This document shows positions 16,049 to 23,352 of a DNA stretch of 23,352 nucleotides, in pieces. Under the pieces are notes generated by a model, which saw only the letters and a program-made list of their open reading frames with translations, was not told the DNA's origin and made no database searches. The translations under genes were made by a program, and so were the position numbers. Source of the DNA: a bacterium (GTDB lineage Bacteria > Patescibacteriota > Microgenomatia > Daviesbacterales > UBA10151); NCBI GenBank assembly GCA_021786105.1, contig JAJYNW010000017.1, positions 1-23,352 of the forward strand, in the 5' to 3' direction. Numbering within the stretch: the stretch's first letter is position 1; each line of letters opens with the position of its first letter.

Positions 16049-16348
16049 ATGTGCAAAGGAATTGAACGTATTACAGATATAAGTCCGATACCAGCTTATT
16101 CTCAGCAGGTGCTGAGTCAGGATCAAAGAGAGCAGGCCACTGTTGTGCTTGATAATGGTATCGTATTAGTTTTTGAAAGCTTGCGTGTGTTTGTCGATAA
16201 GAACTGCAGCCTTGAGTTTAACGATAGTGGCAAGTCTGTTTTGGGACGTTTATTGTTTACTGAAGGGGGTAATGCTTATTTTATTAAGAAGTCGCCGGGC
16301 GGTAATCAACTAGGGGTAGCAAAATTGTCTGATCTGCCTTTGCCTTAA
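16049..16348 (+). CDS. Hypothetical protein (99 aa)
   Basis: ORF filling the gap between the RelA/SpoT-like gene and trpS. Confidence 0.65.
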   Translation: MCKGIERITDISPIPAYSQQVLSQDQREQATVVLDNGIVLVFESLRVFVDKNCSLEFNDSGKSVLGRLLFTEGGNAYFIKKSPGGNQLGVAKLSDLPLP

Positions 16349-16394
16349 AATATCCTCTGTTGCGCAAATATTCAATACAAAATACAATATGACC

Positions 16395-17393
16395 ATGAAG
16401 AGAATTTTAACAGGGGACCGGCCGACTGGGAAACTGCATTTAGGCCACTACGTCGGCAGCTTGAGGAATCGTATTAAGCTGCAGGATGAATATGAATGTT
16501 TTTTCATCATTGCAGATTTGCATACTTTAACTACTAAGCCAGAAAAAACGGGTGAGTTAAAAGAAAATATCCATCAAATGGTTTTGGATTATTTATCAGT
16601 CGGGATTGATCCGCAAAAAGCTACTATTTATATTCAGTCCCAAATTCCGGAAGTAACTGAGCTGGCTATAATTTTTGGCAACCTGACTACTGTTCCCCGG
16701 TTGGAGCGGATGCCGACTTTAAAAGATGTCATGCGGGATGCCGAAATTCAAATTCCGTCTTATGGACTATTGGGTTACCCGGTTCTGCAGGCGGCTGATA
16801 TTTTGATGGTTAAGGGAGATTTGGTGCCGGTCGGTAAAGACCAGCAGTCGCATATAGAAGTGACCAGAGAAATTGCCCGGGATTTTAACCGGACTTACGC
16901 GCCTGTTTTTCCAGAACCGGATGTTTTGGTGGGGGAGGTGCCGACGCTGCCTGGTACGGACGGTGCTTCTAAAATGAGTAAATCCAAGGGTAATGTGATC
17001 AATTTATCTGATTCTGCAGAGGAAGTGGAGAAAAAAGTCATGAGTATGTACACGGATCCGACCAGAATTAAGGCGACTGATCCGGGTCATGTGGAAGGCA
17101 ATCCGGTGTTTGTTTACCTGGATGCTTTTGGAAAAGAGTCGGATCAGGCACAAATAGCCGAGTATAAAAAACTATATACAACAGGCCAAGTGGGTGATAT
17201 TGAGGTCAAAAAGTATCTGGTCAAAGTATTGAATAATTTCCTCGATCCGATCAGGAAAAAGCGGGCAGAGTACGAAGCTCAGCCGGGGTTGATGGAAAAG
17301 GTGTTGAAAGGAGGAACAGAAAAAGCCCGGAAAGAAGCGCAGAAGACATTAGTTGAAGTGAAGCAAGCTATGAAATTAGATTACTTCGGGTAA
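16395..17393 (+). CDS. trpS: Tryptophan--tRNA ligase
   Basis: TGDRPTGKLHLGHY, YPVLQAADIL, VPVGKDQ, KMSKS. Start set at the second ATG because TTGCGC-17 nt-TACAAT (16360-16388) predicts +1 at 16395. Confidence 0.97.
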   Translation: MKRILTGDRPTGKLHLGHYVGSLRNRIKLQDEYECFFIIADLHTLTTKPEKTGELKENIHQMVLDYLSVGIDPQKATIYIQSQIPEVTELAIIFGNLTTVPRLERMPTLKDVMRDAEIQIPSYGLLGYPVLQAADILMVKGDLVPVGKDQQSHIEVTREIARDFNRTYAPVFPEPDVLVGEVPTLPGTDGASKMSKSKGNVINLSDSAEEVEKKVMSMYTDPTRIKATDPGHVEGNPVFVYLDAFGKESDQAQIAEYKKLYTTGQVGDIEVKKYLVKVLNNFLDPIRKKRAEYEAQPGLMEKVLKGGTEKARKEAQKTLVEVKQAMKLDYFG

Positions 17394-17398
17394 TCATT

Positions 17399-17471
17399 TT
17401 GTCATTGCGAGCGATTAGCGTGGCAATCTTCCGCGGACTAGGAAGATTCCTCACTTCGTTCGGAATGACAA
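17399..17471. repeat. REP/REPIN-like imperfect inverted repeat (GTCATT...AATGAC type)
   Basis: TTGTCATTGCGAGCGATTAGCGTGGCAATCTTCC versus reverse complement of right arm TTGTCATTCCGAACGAAGTGAGGAATCTTCC; 8-nt loop. Confidence 0.75.
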
Positions 17472-17477
17472 CATAAA

Positions 17478-17795
17478 ATGGTAACAATAGATGATTTTGC
17501 CAAGTTGGAACTAAAAGTCGGCACTGTTCTGGAAGCAGAAGAGGTGGAGGGGAGCGAGAAGCTAATTAAGCTGAAGGTGGATCTGGGTGAGGAGACCCCT
17601 AGACAAATTCTGGCCGGGATTAAGAAATGGTATTCCGCTGAGGATTTAATTGGTAAACAAATTGCCGTGGTAGCCAATTTAGAACCTAGAATGATGATGG
17701 GTTTGGAATCTCAAGGCATGATACTGGCAGCCGGGGATAAACCTGTGTTGTTGATGCCGCAAAAAGAAGTCTCTCCAGGCACAAAAATCCGCTGA
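17478..17795 (+). CDS. Stand-alone OB-fold tRNA-binding protein (MetRS C-terminal / Trbp111 / CsaA family)
   Basis: DDFAKLELKVG, KLIKLKVDLG...RQILAGI, VANLEPR.MMG.ESQGMILA. Confidence 0.92.
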   Translation: MVTIDDFAKLELKVGTVLEAEEVEGSEKLIKLKVDLGEETPRQILAGIKKWYSAEDLIGKQIAVVANLEPRMMMGLESQGMILAAGDKPVLLMPQKEVSPGTKIR

Positions 17796-17841
17796 TTACC
17801 GGCTAGCAATTTAACGATGAGTGTGCTAATATGCGCACTAT

Positions 17842-19698
17842 ATGGCAAACGGCAAAAAGATAAATTTCAAGAAAGTTAACTTCAACAAAAAGGTTCTTTC
17901 CCTATTAAAAGGTCTGGCAGTTTATATCTTAATCGCCTTAGCGGCTTTAGTTTTTTTCTATCAAATTTCCGGTGGGCCAACAACCACCAATGACGAGGTA
18001 CCGATTTCCCAAATTGTCAGTCAAGTTAAAGACGGCAAGGTGCAAAAGATTACTTTGGAAGGGGATAAAGTCACGGCTGACTTGAAAAATTCAGACCAAA
18101 AGCTTGCTTCTCATAAAGAAGCCGGGGAGTCCATTTATCAAATATTGAGATCTTCTGATGTTGATCCCAAGGCTGTCACTATTGAGGTTAAAGATTTATC
18201 AATGCAGCAAGCCTGGATTGGGGTGTTGTCGGCTGTGCTGCCGGTGATTCTTTTGGTTGGTTTGATGTTTTTCATGTTTAAAAATGCCAGGGACGGAGCC
18301 CAGGGTATTTTTTCCTTTGCCCAATCCCGGGCCCGGCTTTTTACCAAAGATCAACCGCAGATTAAATTTACTGATGTGGCCGGAGCAGAAGAGGCCAAGA
18401 GGGAATTATCAGAAATTGTGGAATTTTTGAAAACTCCAACCAAATTTAAATCCTTGGGAGCCAGGATCCCTAAAGGTGTCTTAATGGTTGGTCCGGCCGG
18501 AACCGGAAAAACTTTGTTGTCCAGAGCTGTAGCAGGGGAGGCCGGAGTGCCATTTTTCTCGATAGCAGGTTCAGAGTTTATGGAAATGTTAGTGGGTGTA
18601 GGTGCAGCCCGGGTCCGGGATATGTTTGCCCAAGCCAAAAAAGCCGCCCCGGCCATTATTTTCGTGGATGAAATTGAATCAATCGGCCGTCAGCGCGGTA
18701 TGGGTATTTCCGGCGGACATGATGAAAGAGAGCAAACACTAAACCAAATCCTGGTGGAAATGGACGGATTTGCCCCGAATGATCACGTGATTGTTTTGGC
18801 AGCTACCAATAGGCCAGATCTTCTGGATGCAGCTTTAGTCCGGCCCGGTCGCTTTGACCGACGGGTAGTTTTAGGCTTGCCGGATTTAAACGACCGAAAA
18901 GCCATCATTGAGCTGCATATGAAAGGTAAGCCGTTTACTGAAGATGTGTCCACCGAAAAGTTGGCCAGACGAACAGTCGGGTTTTCCGGGGCAGATTTGG
19001 CTAATATGTTAAACGAAGCAGCTATCTTGGCCGCCAGAGAGGGCAAAACTGCCATCGACAGTAAAGATTTGGAAGAAGCAGCTACCAAGGAAAAATTAGG
19101 TCCGCAAAGAAAAAGAATGCAATCCGAACACGATCGGAAATTGGCGGCCTATCATGAAGCTGGTCATGCCATTGTCGGTCACAGTTTACCAAACGTGGAC
19201 CCGGTTCACCGTATCTCTATTGTGTCCCGGGGCATGTCAGGCGGACATACTTTGTTTCCGCCTACTGAAGATCGGTCAAATGAAAGTCGGTCGCGCTTGT
19301 TAGAACAAATCACCGCGGCTTTGGGCGGACAAGCAGCCGAAGGATTGGTTTTTAAAGACATTTCCACCGGCGCCGCCTCAGATATTGAAGTAGCCACCAA
19401 TATTGCCCGGCAAATGGTGACTCAATACGGCATGTCTTCCTTGGGACCGATTAGTGTTGCCTCCCGCCCGATGTTTGGAGTTTGGAGAGGGGCAGAGGAT
19501 GGGGGAGAGATGTCGCCAAAGATGCATGACGCGGTAGATTTGGAGATTAAAAAAATCATGGATACTTGTTATAAGCATGCCCAGGATATATTAAGAAGAA
19601 ATAAGGCTAAGCTGGATGCAGTGGCTAAGTCATTACTGGAAAAAGAAACTTTGGAATCTGATGAATTTGAAGATATTGTAGGTAAGAAAAAAAGCTAA
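17842..19698 (+). CDS. ftsH: ATP-dependent zinc metalloprotease FtsH
   Basis: Two TM helices, [36 protein letters not shown]. Confidence 0.98.
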   Translation: MANGKKINFKKVNFNKKVLSLLKGLAVYILIALAALVFFYQISGGPTTTNDEVPISQIVSQVKDGKVQKITLEGDKVTADLKNSDQKLASHKEAGESIYQILRSSDVDPKAVTIEVKDLSMQQAWIGVLSAVLPVILLVGLMFFMFKNARDGAQGIFSFAQSRARLFTKDQPQIKFTDVAGAEEAKRELSEIVEFLKTPTKFKSLGARIPKGVLMVGPAGTGKTLLSRAVAGEAGVPFFSIAGSEFMEMLVGVGAARVRDMFAQAKKAAPAIIFVDEIESIGRQRGMGISGGHDEREQTLNQILVEMDGFAPNDHVIVLAATNRPDLLDAALVRPGRFDRRVVLGLPDLNDRKAIIELHMKGKPFTEDVSTEKLARRTVGFSGADLANMLNEAAILAAREGKTAIDSKDLEEAATKEKLGPQRKRMQSEHDRKLAAYHEAGHAIVGHSLPNVDPVHRISIVSRGMSGGHTLFPPTEDRSNESRSRLLEQITAALGGQAAEGLVFKDISTGAASDIEVATNIARQMVTQYGMSSLGPISVASRPMFGVWRGAEDGGEMSPKMHDAVDLEIKKIMDTCYKHAQDILRRNKAKLDAVAKSLLEKETLESDEFEDIVGKKKS

Positions 19699-19749
19699 GA
19701 AGACCTCGCCATTATTGCCCAAAGCAAATTTAAAGGATAAAATAGGGGG

Positions 19750-20397
19750 ATGAGGAAGCTTATTCTGTTGGTTTTTTCGTTCAGTCTTCTATATTCTGTA
19801 TTCTTTTTCACCTCTGTTTTTGCTCAGGAGGATGGCATTGGTCAGTCCCGGCTTAATGCTGCTTCACCATTATACTTTTTAAAATCAGTCCGGGAAGCTT
19901 TGGAGTTAAAGTTTGCCGGAACTAGACATGTGACAGCCATCAGAAAGCTGGAATTTGCCACCCGCCGAATCAGGGAGGTCAGAAGCTTGGTGCAAACTTC
20001 CCGACAAGACTTAATCCAACCAACGCTAGAAAATTATTGGAGCCAATTACAAGATTTTGATGCTCTAGCCAACTTGGAAGATGAAGATATGGTAAAGCAA
20101 GTAAGCGGTGCAGTTGCTGTGCAGATGGATATTTTACAAAAAACCTATAATCAGGTTTCTGACGCCAGGGCCAAAAGGGCTATCAGGGCTACAGTTAACA
20201 GGTTGTCTCAGTGGGAACAGATACTGGCTAATAAACTTAATTTAGTCAAACAGCCTGATTTGGTTTTGGGGGTGGCGAAATCAAAGCTTTCAGGTTGTAA
20301 TTTTTTAGCTAGAGAAGCTTCGTCTTCTGCTTTGACTGAGGCAGAACAAGAGGTTTTTAAGGAAAGAGCGCAAACATGTCTGGAGCCAAAACCGTAA
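19750..20397 (+). CDS. Exported helical protein, DUF5667-like
   Basis: Signal peptide ending VFA-Q; SPLYFLK...E...L.F...A.RRI.E pattern; TTGCCC-17 nt-TAAAAT promoter. Confidence 0.75.
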   Translation: MRKLILLVFSFSLLYSVFFFTSVFAQEDGIGQSRLNAASPLYFLKSVREALELKFAGTRHVTAIRKLEFATRRIREVRSLVQTSRQDLIQPTLENYWSQLQDFDALANLEDEDMVKQVSGAVAVQMDILQKTYNQVSDARAKRAIRATVNRLSQWEQILANKLNLVKQPDLVLGVAKSKLSGCNFLAREASSSALTEAEQEVFKERAQTCLEPKP

Positions 20398-21128
20398 TTA
20401 ATTTTGCCATAATTATTCCCACTTTAAATGAGGAGCGTTTTATCGGTCGGTTACTCGATTCGATTATCGGGCAGACCGTTACGCCTAAGGAGCTGGTGGT
20501 GGTGGACGCTTATTCCAAAGATAAAACTATCGATGAGATTAAAAAAAGGCAAAAGGTTTTTCCCAATTTACGCTATTTTCAAATACCTAAAAGCACCATT
20601 TCGTGCCAGCGTAATTTAGGAGCCAAGAAGACCACTGCCTCCCATCTACTGTTTTTAGATGCTGACATGGAACTAAGGGAAAAAGATGTCTTGATGAGAT
20701 ATTTTCAAGAAATTTTGGCTAAAGGGCCTGATGTGGCGGTGGCCACCACCTTACCGGATTCTGATTATTGGAAGGATGTGTTGTATTTCCGGATTGAGGA
20801 TTTGGCTTTTAAAGTTTTCCAATATTTTTGGCCGGTTGTAACAGCCCGGAATTTATACATCAGGCGGGAGGTGTTTGATAAAGTCGGAAGGTTCGATGAA
20901 AAAGTGCCGGTGGGGGAGGATCAGGAGCTGGTGCAAAGAATTGTCAGGAGGGGGGGTAAGCTGATTTTTCTAAAAACAATTAAGTTGCATACTTCGGTCA
21001 GAAGAGTGGCGCAAGAAGGCAGAACAAATTACGCCATAAAAATGGTTTTATTTGGACTTAATATTTTCCTACGCGGCCACAAAAGAAGCCGGGTGAAATA
21101 CGAATTCGGCAATTTTAAAGATTCTTAA
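20376..21128 (+). CDS. Glycosyltransferase family 2
   Basis: IIIPTLNEE, VVDAYSKDKT, RNLGA, LLFLDAD, FDE...GED. Confidence 0.93.
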   Translation: MSGAKTVINFAIIIPTLNEERFIGRLLDSIIGQTVTPKELVVVDAYSKDKTIDEIKKRQKVFPNLRYFQIPKSTISCQRNLGAKKTTASHLLFLDADMELREKDVLMRYFQEILAKGPDVAVATTLPDSDYWKDVLYFRIEDLAFKVFQYFWPVVTARNLYIRREVFDKVGRFDEKVPVGEDQELVQRIVRRGGKLIFLKTIKLHTSVRRVAQEGRTNYAIKMVLFGLNIFLRGHKRSRVKYEFGNFKDS

Positions 21129-21143
21129 ATCCGGTGTCATCGG

Positions 21144-21854
21144 TTATTTCAAATAATGGCCGAATTTGTAGTTAAAAATATTCTTCCTGATTTGCCCGAT
21201 AAAAATCAGATGTAATTCTATGGCGATATATTTTAAGGCAATGGTAATTCTGCCGTCCTGGGATAATCTTCGGACGGAAACCGGTATTTTATATGATTTG
21301 AGGTAACCAAATTTGCCAACTTTTTTAGCCCGCCGGACATAATCATGATCTTCAGCCAAAATTAATGTTTCGTCAAATCCGCCGATGGCGTTGTGGACAT
21401 CCTTTTTAACAAAGATACAAAACCCGGGAATATGAGGATGAAACTTTTGCGTTAGCTTCATGTATTGATTGGCAAATTGGTGCAAAAATTTATCAATGGT
21501 TAATTTTGACCGGGGAGTGACAAAGCAGGAAGCTATATCAAGTTTGCGGTCTGTCATTTCTTTGACAGTTTTTTCCAGGAAATGGGGAGGGAGTATTACA
21601 TCAGAGTCCAAAAATAGCAATATCGGGCAGCGGGATTTTTTTGCTCCGTTGTTTCGGGCAATCGCCGGCAGGCCACCATTAACTACCTTGCAGCCAAATT
21701 CTTTGGCAATTGCCCGGGTTTTGTCAATGGAAAATGCATCAGCCACGATAATTTCTTCAGGAGCAACTGATTGCCGTTTAATGGAAGATAATAATGTCGG
21801 TAGAAAACGTTCCTCGTTGAACGTGGGGATAATAATGCTGATCGGTAGTTTCAT
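21144..21854 (-). CDS. Glycosyltransferase family 2
   Basis: SIIIPTFNEE, ADAFSIDKT, ARNNGA, LLFLDSD, GGFDE...AED. Confidence 0.93.
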   Translation of the reverse strand: MKLPISIIIPTFNEERFLPTLLSSIKRQSVAPEEIIVADAFSIDKTRAIAKEFGCKVVNGGLPAIARNNGAKKSRCPILLFLDSDVILPPHFLEKTVKEMTDRKLDIASCFVTPRSKLTIDKFLHQFANQYMKLTQKFHPHIPGFCIFVKKDVHNAIGGFDETLILAEDHDYVRRAKKVGKFGYLKSYKIPVSVRRLSQDGRITIALKYIAIELHLIFIGQIRKNIFNYKFGHYLK

Positions 21855-21936
21855 TTATCAGACTAAATATATACCAATCGCACTCGAAAATGCAAAAAAT
21901 GATGTAAGGAATGTCAAAAAAGTATATATTTATGAT

Positions 21937-22932
21937 ATGGCAGTTTTTACCAAAATCGGAGCGTTGATTATTGCGGTTTTGGTAATAGCTTTGGTTGCCA
22001 ACACGATTTTGGAAAGAATTTATCCGGCATCTTCACCGCGCTTCGGGGTAACTTTTTCTCCTCGGTATGCCAGGTATTTAAAATTGGACTGGCAAAAAAC
22101 CTATATTGAAATCTTGGATGATTTGAAAGTTAGGGATTTACGGATTTCCAGTTACTGGGATACATTGGAGCCACAGCCAGGTCAGTTTGATTTTACCGAA
22201 ACAGATTTTATGTTGAATGAGGCAGGTAAAAGAGGAGCCAAGGTAATTATGGTTTTAGGTGCCAAGCAGCCCCGCTGGCCCGAATGTCATAATCCGGCCT
22301 GGGCAGTAAAATTGACAGTTTTAGACCGTCAGGAAAAAATGTTGCAGCTGATAAATAAAGTTGTAAAAAGATACAATGACGATCGGCAGATTTGGGCCTG
22401 GCAGGTGGAAAATGAACCTTTGTTGGATTTTGGTGAAGGGTGTGATGAACCGGACATCAATTTCCTTAAAAAAGAGATTAGTTTGGTTAAAAGTTTAAGC
22501 AATAAAACCATTATCCTGACTGATTCCGGAGAGCTAGGTTTCTGGAATACCTCAATGTCCTTATCGGATGTATTCGGGACCACGTTGTATCGGCAAGTTT
22601 ACGATAAGATTTTGGGAACAGTGACTTATCCTTTGCCGCCTTACTTTTATAATATAAAATCAAGTCTTATTAGGAGTATTTTTGCACCCAAGAATAAAAA
22701 AACCATTATCGTGGAACTGCAGGCCGAACCATGGTTTTCCAATGGGTACATGCCGCCAAACCTTGCAGAACAGGCTAAAGCTTTTCCGGTTAAAAAAATT
22801 GAATCCTACGCAGATTATGCCAGAAAAACCGGTTTTGACCAGGCTTATCTTTGGGGAGTGGAGTGGTGGTATTTAATGGCAAAAAATGGCTATCCTCAGT
22901 ATTTAAACTATGCTGAGACTCTTTTTAAATAA
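21937..22932 (+). CDS. Membrane-anchored clan GH-A glycoside hydrolase-like protein (GH5/GH42-like barrel)
   Basis: Start reassigned to MAVFTK. N-terminal TM helix; YWDTLEPQPGQFDF, WQVENEP (acid/base Glu), IVELQAEPW (nucleophile Glu candidate). Confidence 0.8.
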   Translation: MAVFTKIGALIIAVLVIALVANTILERIYPASSPRFGVTFSPRYARYLKLDWQKTYIEILDDLKVRDLRISSYWDTLEPQPGQFDFTETDFMLNEAGKRGAKVIMVLGAKQPRWPECHNPAWAVKLTVLDRQEKMLQLINKVVKRYNDDRQIWAWQVENEPLLDFGEGCDEPDINFLKKEISLVKSLSNKTIILTDSGELGFWNTSMSLSDVFGTTLYRQVYDKILGTVTYPLPPYFYNIKSSLIRSIFAPKNKKTIIVELQAEPWFSNGYMPPNLAEQAKAFPVKKIESYADYARKTGFDQAYLWGVEWWYLMAKNGYPQYLNYAETLFK

Positions 22933-22982
22933 GTTTTGGTACTTGGCATGACACCAAGGTTTGATAATGCTACAATTCCACC

Positions 22983-23352
22983 ATGCAACGATTTGTTTTG
23001 ATTGACGGAAATGCCTTGCTTCATCGAGCTTATCACGCCACACCGCCTTTTACCACCTCAGAAGGCGAGCTGGTAAACGCGGTCTATGGTTTTTCCTCGA
23101 TGATTTTAAAGGTGATTGCGGAACTGCACCCGGAGTTTTTGGCCATTGCTTGGGATGAAAAAGGGCCGACTTTTAGGCATCAGGCCTATACCCAGTACAA
23201 GGCCACCCGCGGCCCTGCTGATGATGGTTTATCCAGCCAGTACAAAAGGGTGCATGAGGTGGTTAAGGCATTTAATATTCCGGAATTTAAGCTGGCCGGA
23301 TTTGAAGCTGATGACTTGATTGGTACTTTGGCCATCCAGGCAGAAAGATCGG
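22983..23352 (+). CDS. polA: DNA polymerase I N-terminal 5'-3' exonuclease domain (truncated by window end)
   Basis: MQRFVLIDGNALLHRAYHA...NAVYGF...WD...TFRH..Y..YKATR...FEADDLIGTLA; ATGACA-17 nt-TACAAT promoter. Could be a stand-alone flap endonuclease. Confidence 0.88.
   Translation, partial: MQRFVLIDGNALLHRAYHATPPFTTSEGELVNAVYGFSSMILKVIAELHPEFLAIAWDEKGPTFRHQAYTQYKATRGPADDGLSSQYKRVHEVVKAFNIPEFKLAGFEADDLIGTLAIQAERS

Noticed and set aside
21469-21936. N-terminal 156 aa of the 487-aa ORF
   Set aside because: It is antisense to the GT2 gene at 21144-21854; the hydrolase plausibly starts at ATG21937 after a -10 box and begins with a TM helix.
3266-23319. Short overlapping or antisense ORFs in the track (e.g. 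3266-3499, 3906-4112, 5541-5924, 6159-6479, 12688-12996, 14384-14578, 17438-17677, 18351-18656, 23116-23319)
   Set aside because: They shadow well-supported genes, tRNAs or regulatory regions and show no recognisable motifs.
1-23352. CRISPR array, rRNA, intron or alternative genetic code
   Set aside because: No regularly spaced repeats or rRNA-like segments seen; conserved genes are uninterrupted and TGA acts as a normal stop (e.g. sodN, recombinase, tRNA-binding protein).

Overview
A 23.35-kb chromosomal segment that reads like a small-genome Patescibacteria/CPR bacterium. A Microgenomates-type lineage is inferred from gene content (DUF5667-like protein, orphan VirD4/HerA-type ATPase, NDLRH-type tyrosine recombinase, small CPR-style membrane proteins); the code is standard code 11. 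It holds a complete IS481-like element with a frameshifted transposase, trxB-sodN-sodX, ftsB, an NRAMP transporter, a GlmU-like enzyme, trpS, a stand-alone tRNA-binding protein, ftsH, two GT2s, a glycoside hydrolase and the 5' end of polA. There are three tRNA genes, none with an encoded CCA: Ile(UAU), an atypical initiator Met, and an elongator Met. Most notable: (1) a leader-peptide transcription attenuator (Leu-rich 21-aa peptide, mutually exclusive hairpins, terminator) in front of a divergent RelA/SpoT-synthetase-like gene and a small partner gene beside trpS; (2) a tRNA-Ile with a UAU anticodon; (3) an initiator tRNA lacking the three G-C anticodon-stem pairs, in a region where many genes appear leaderless; (4) a recombinase-less islet of about 1.1 kb at the tRNA-fMet 3' end. 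All calls are by eye; no database searches were run.
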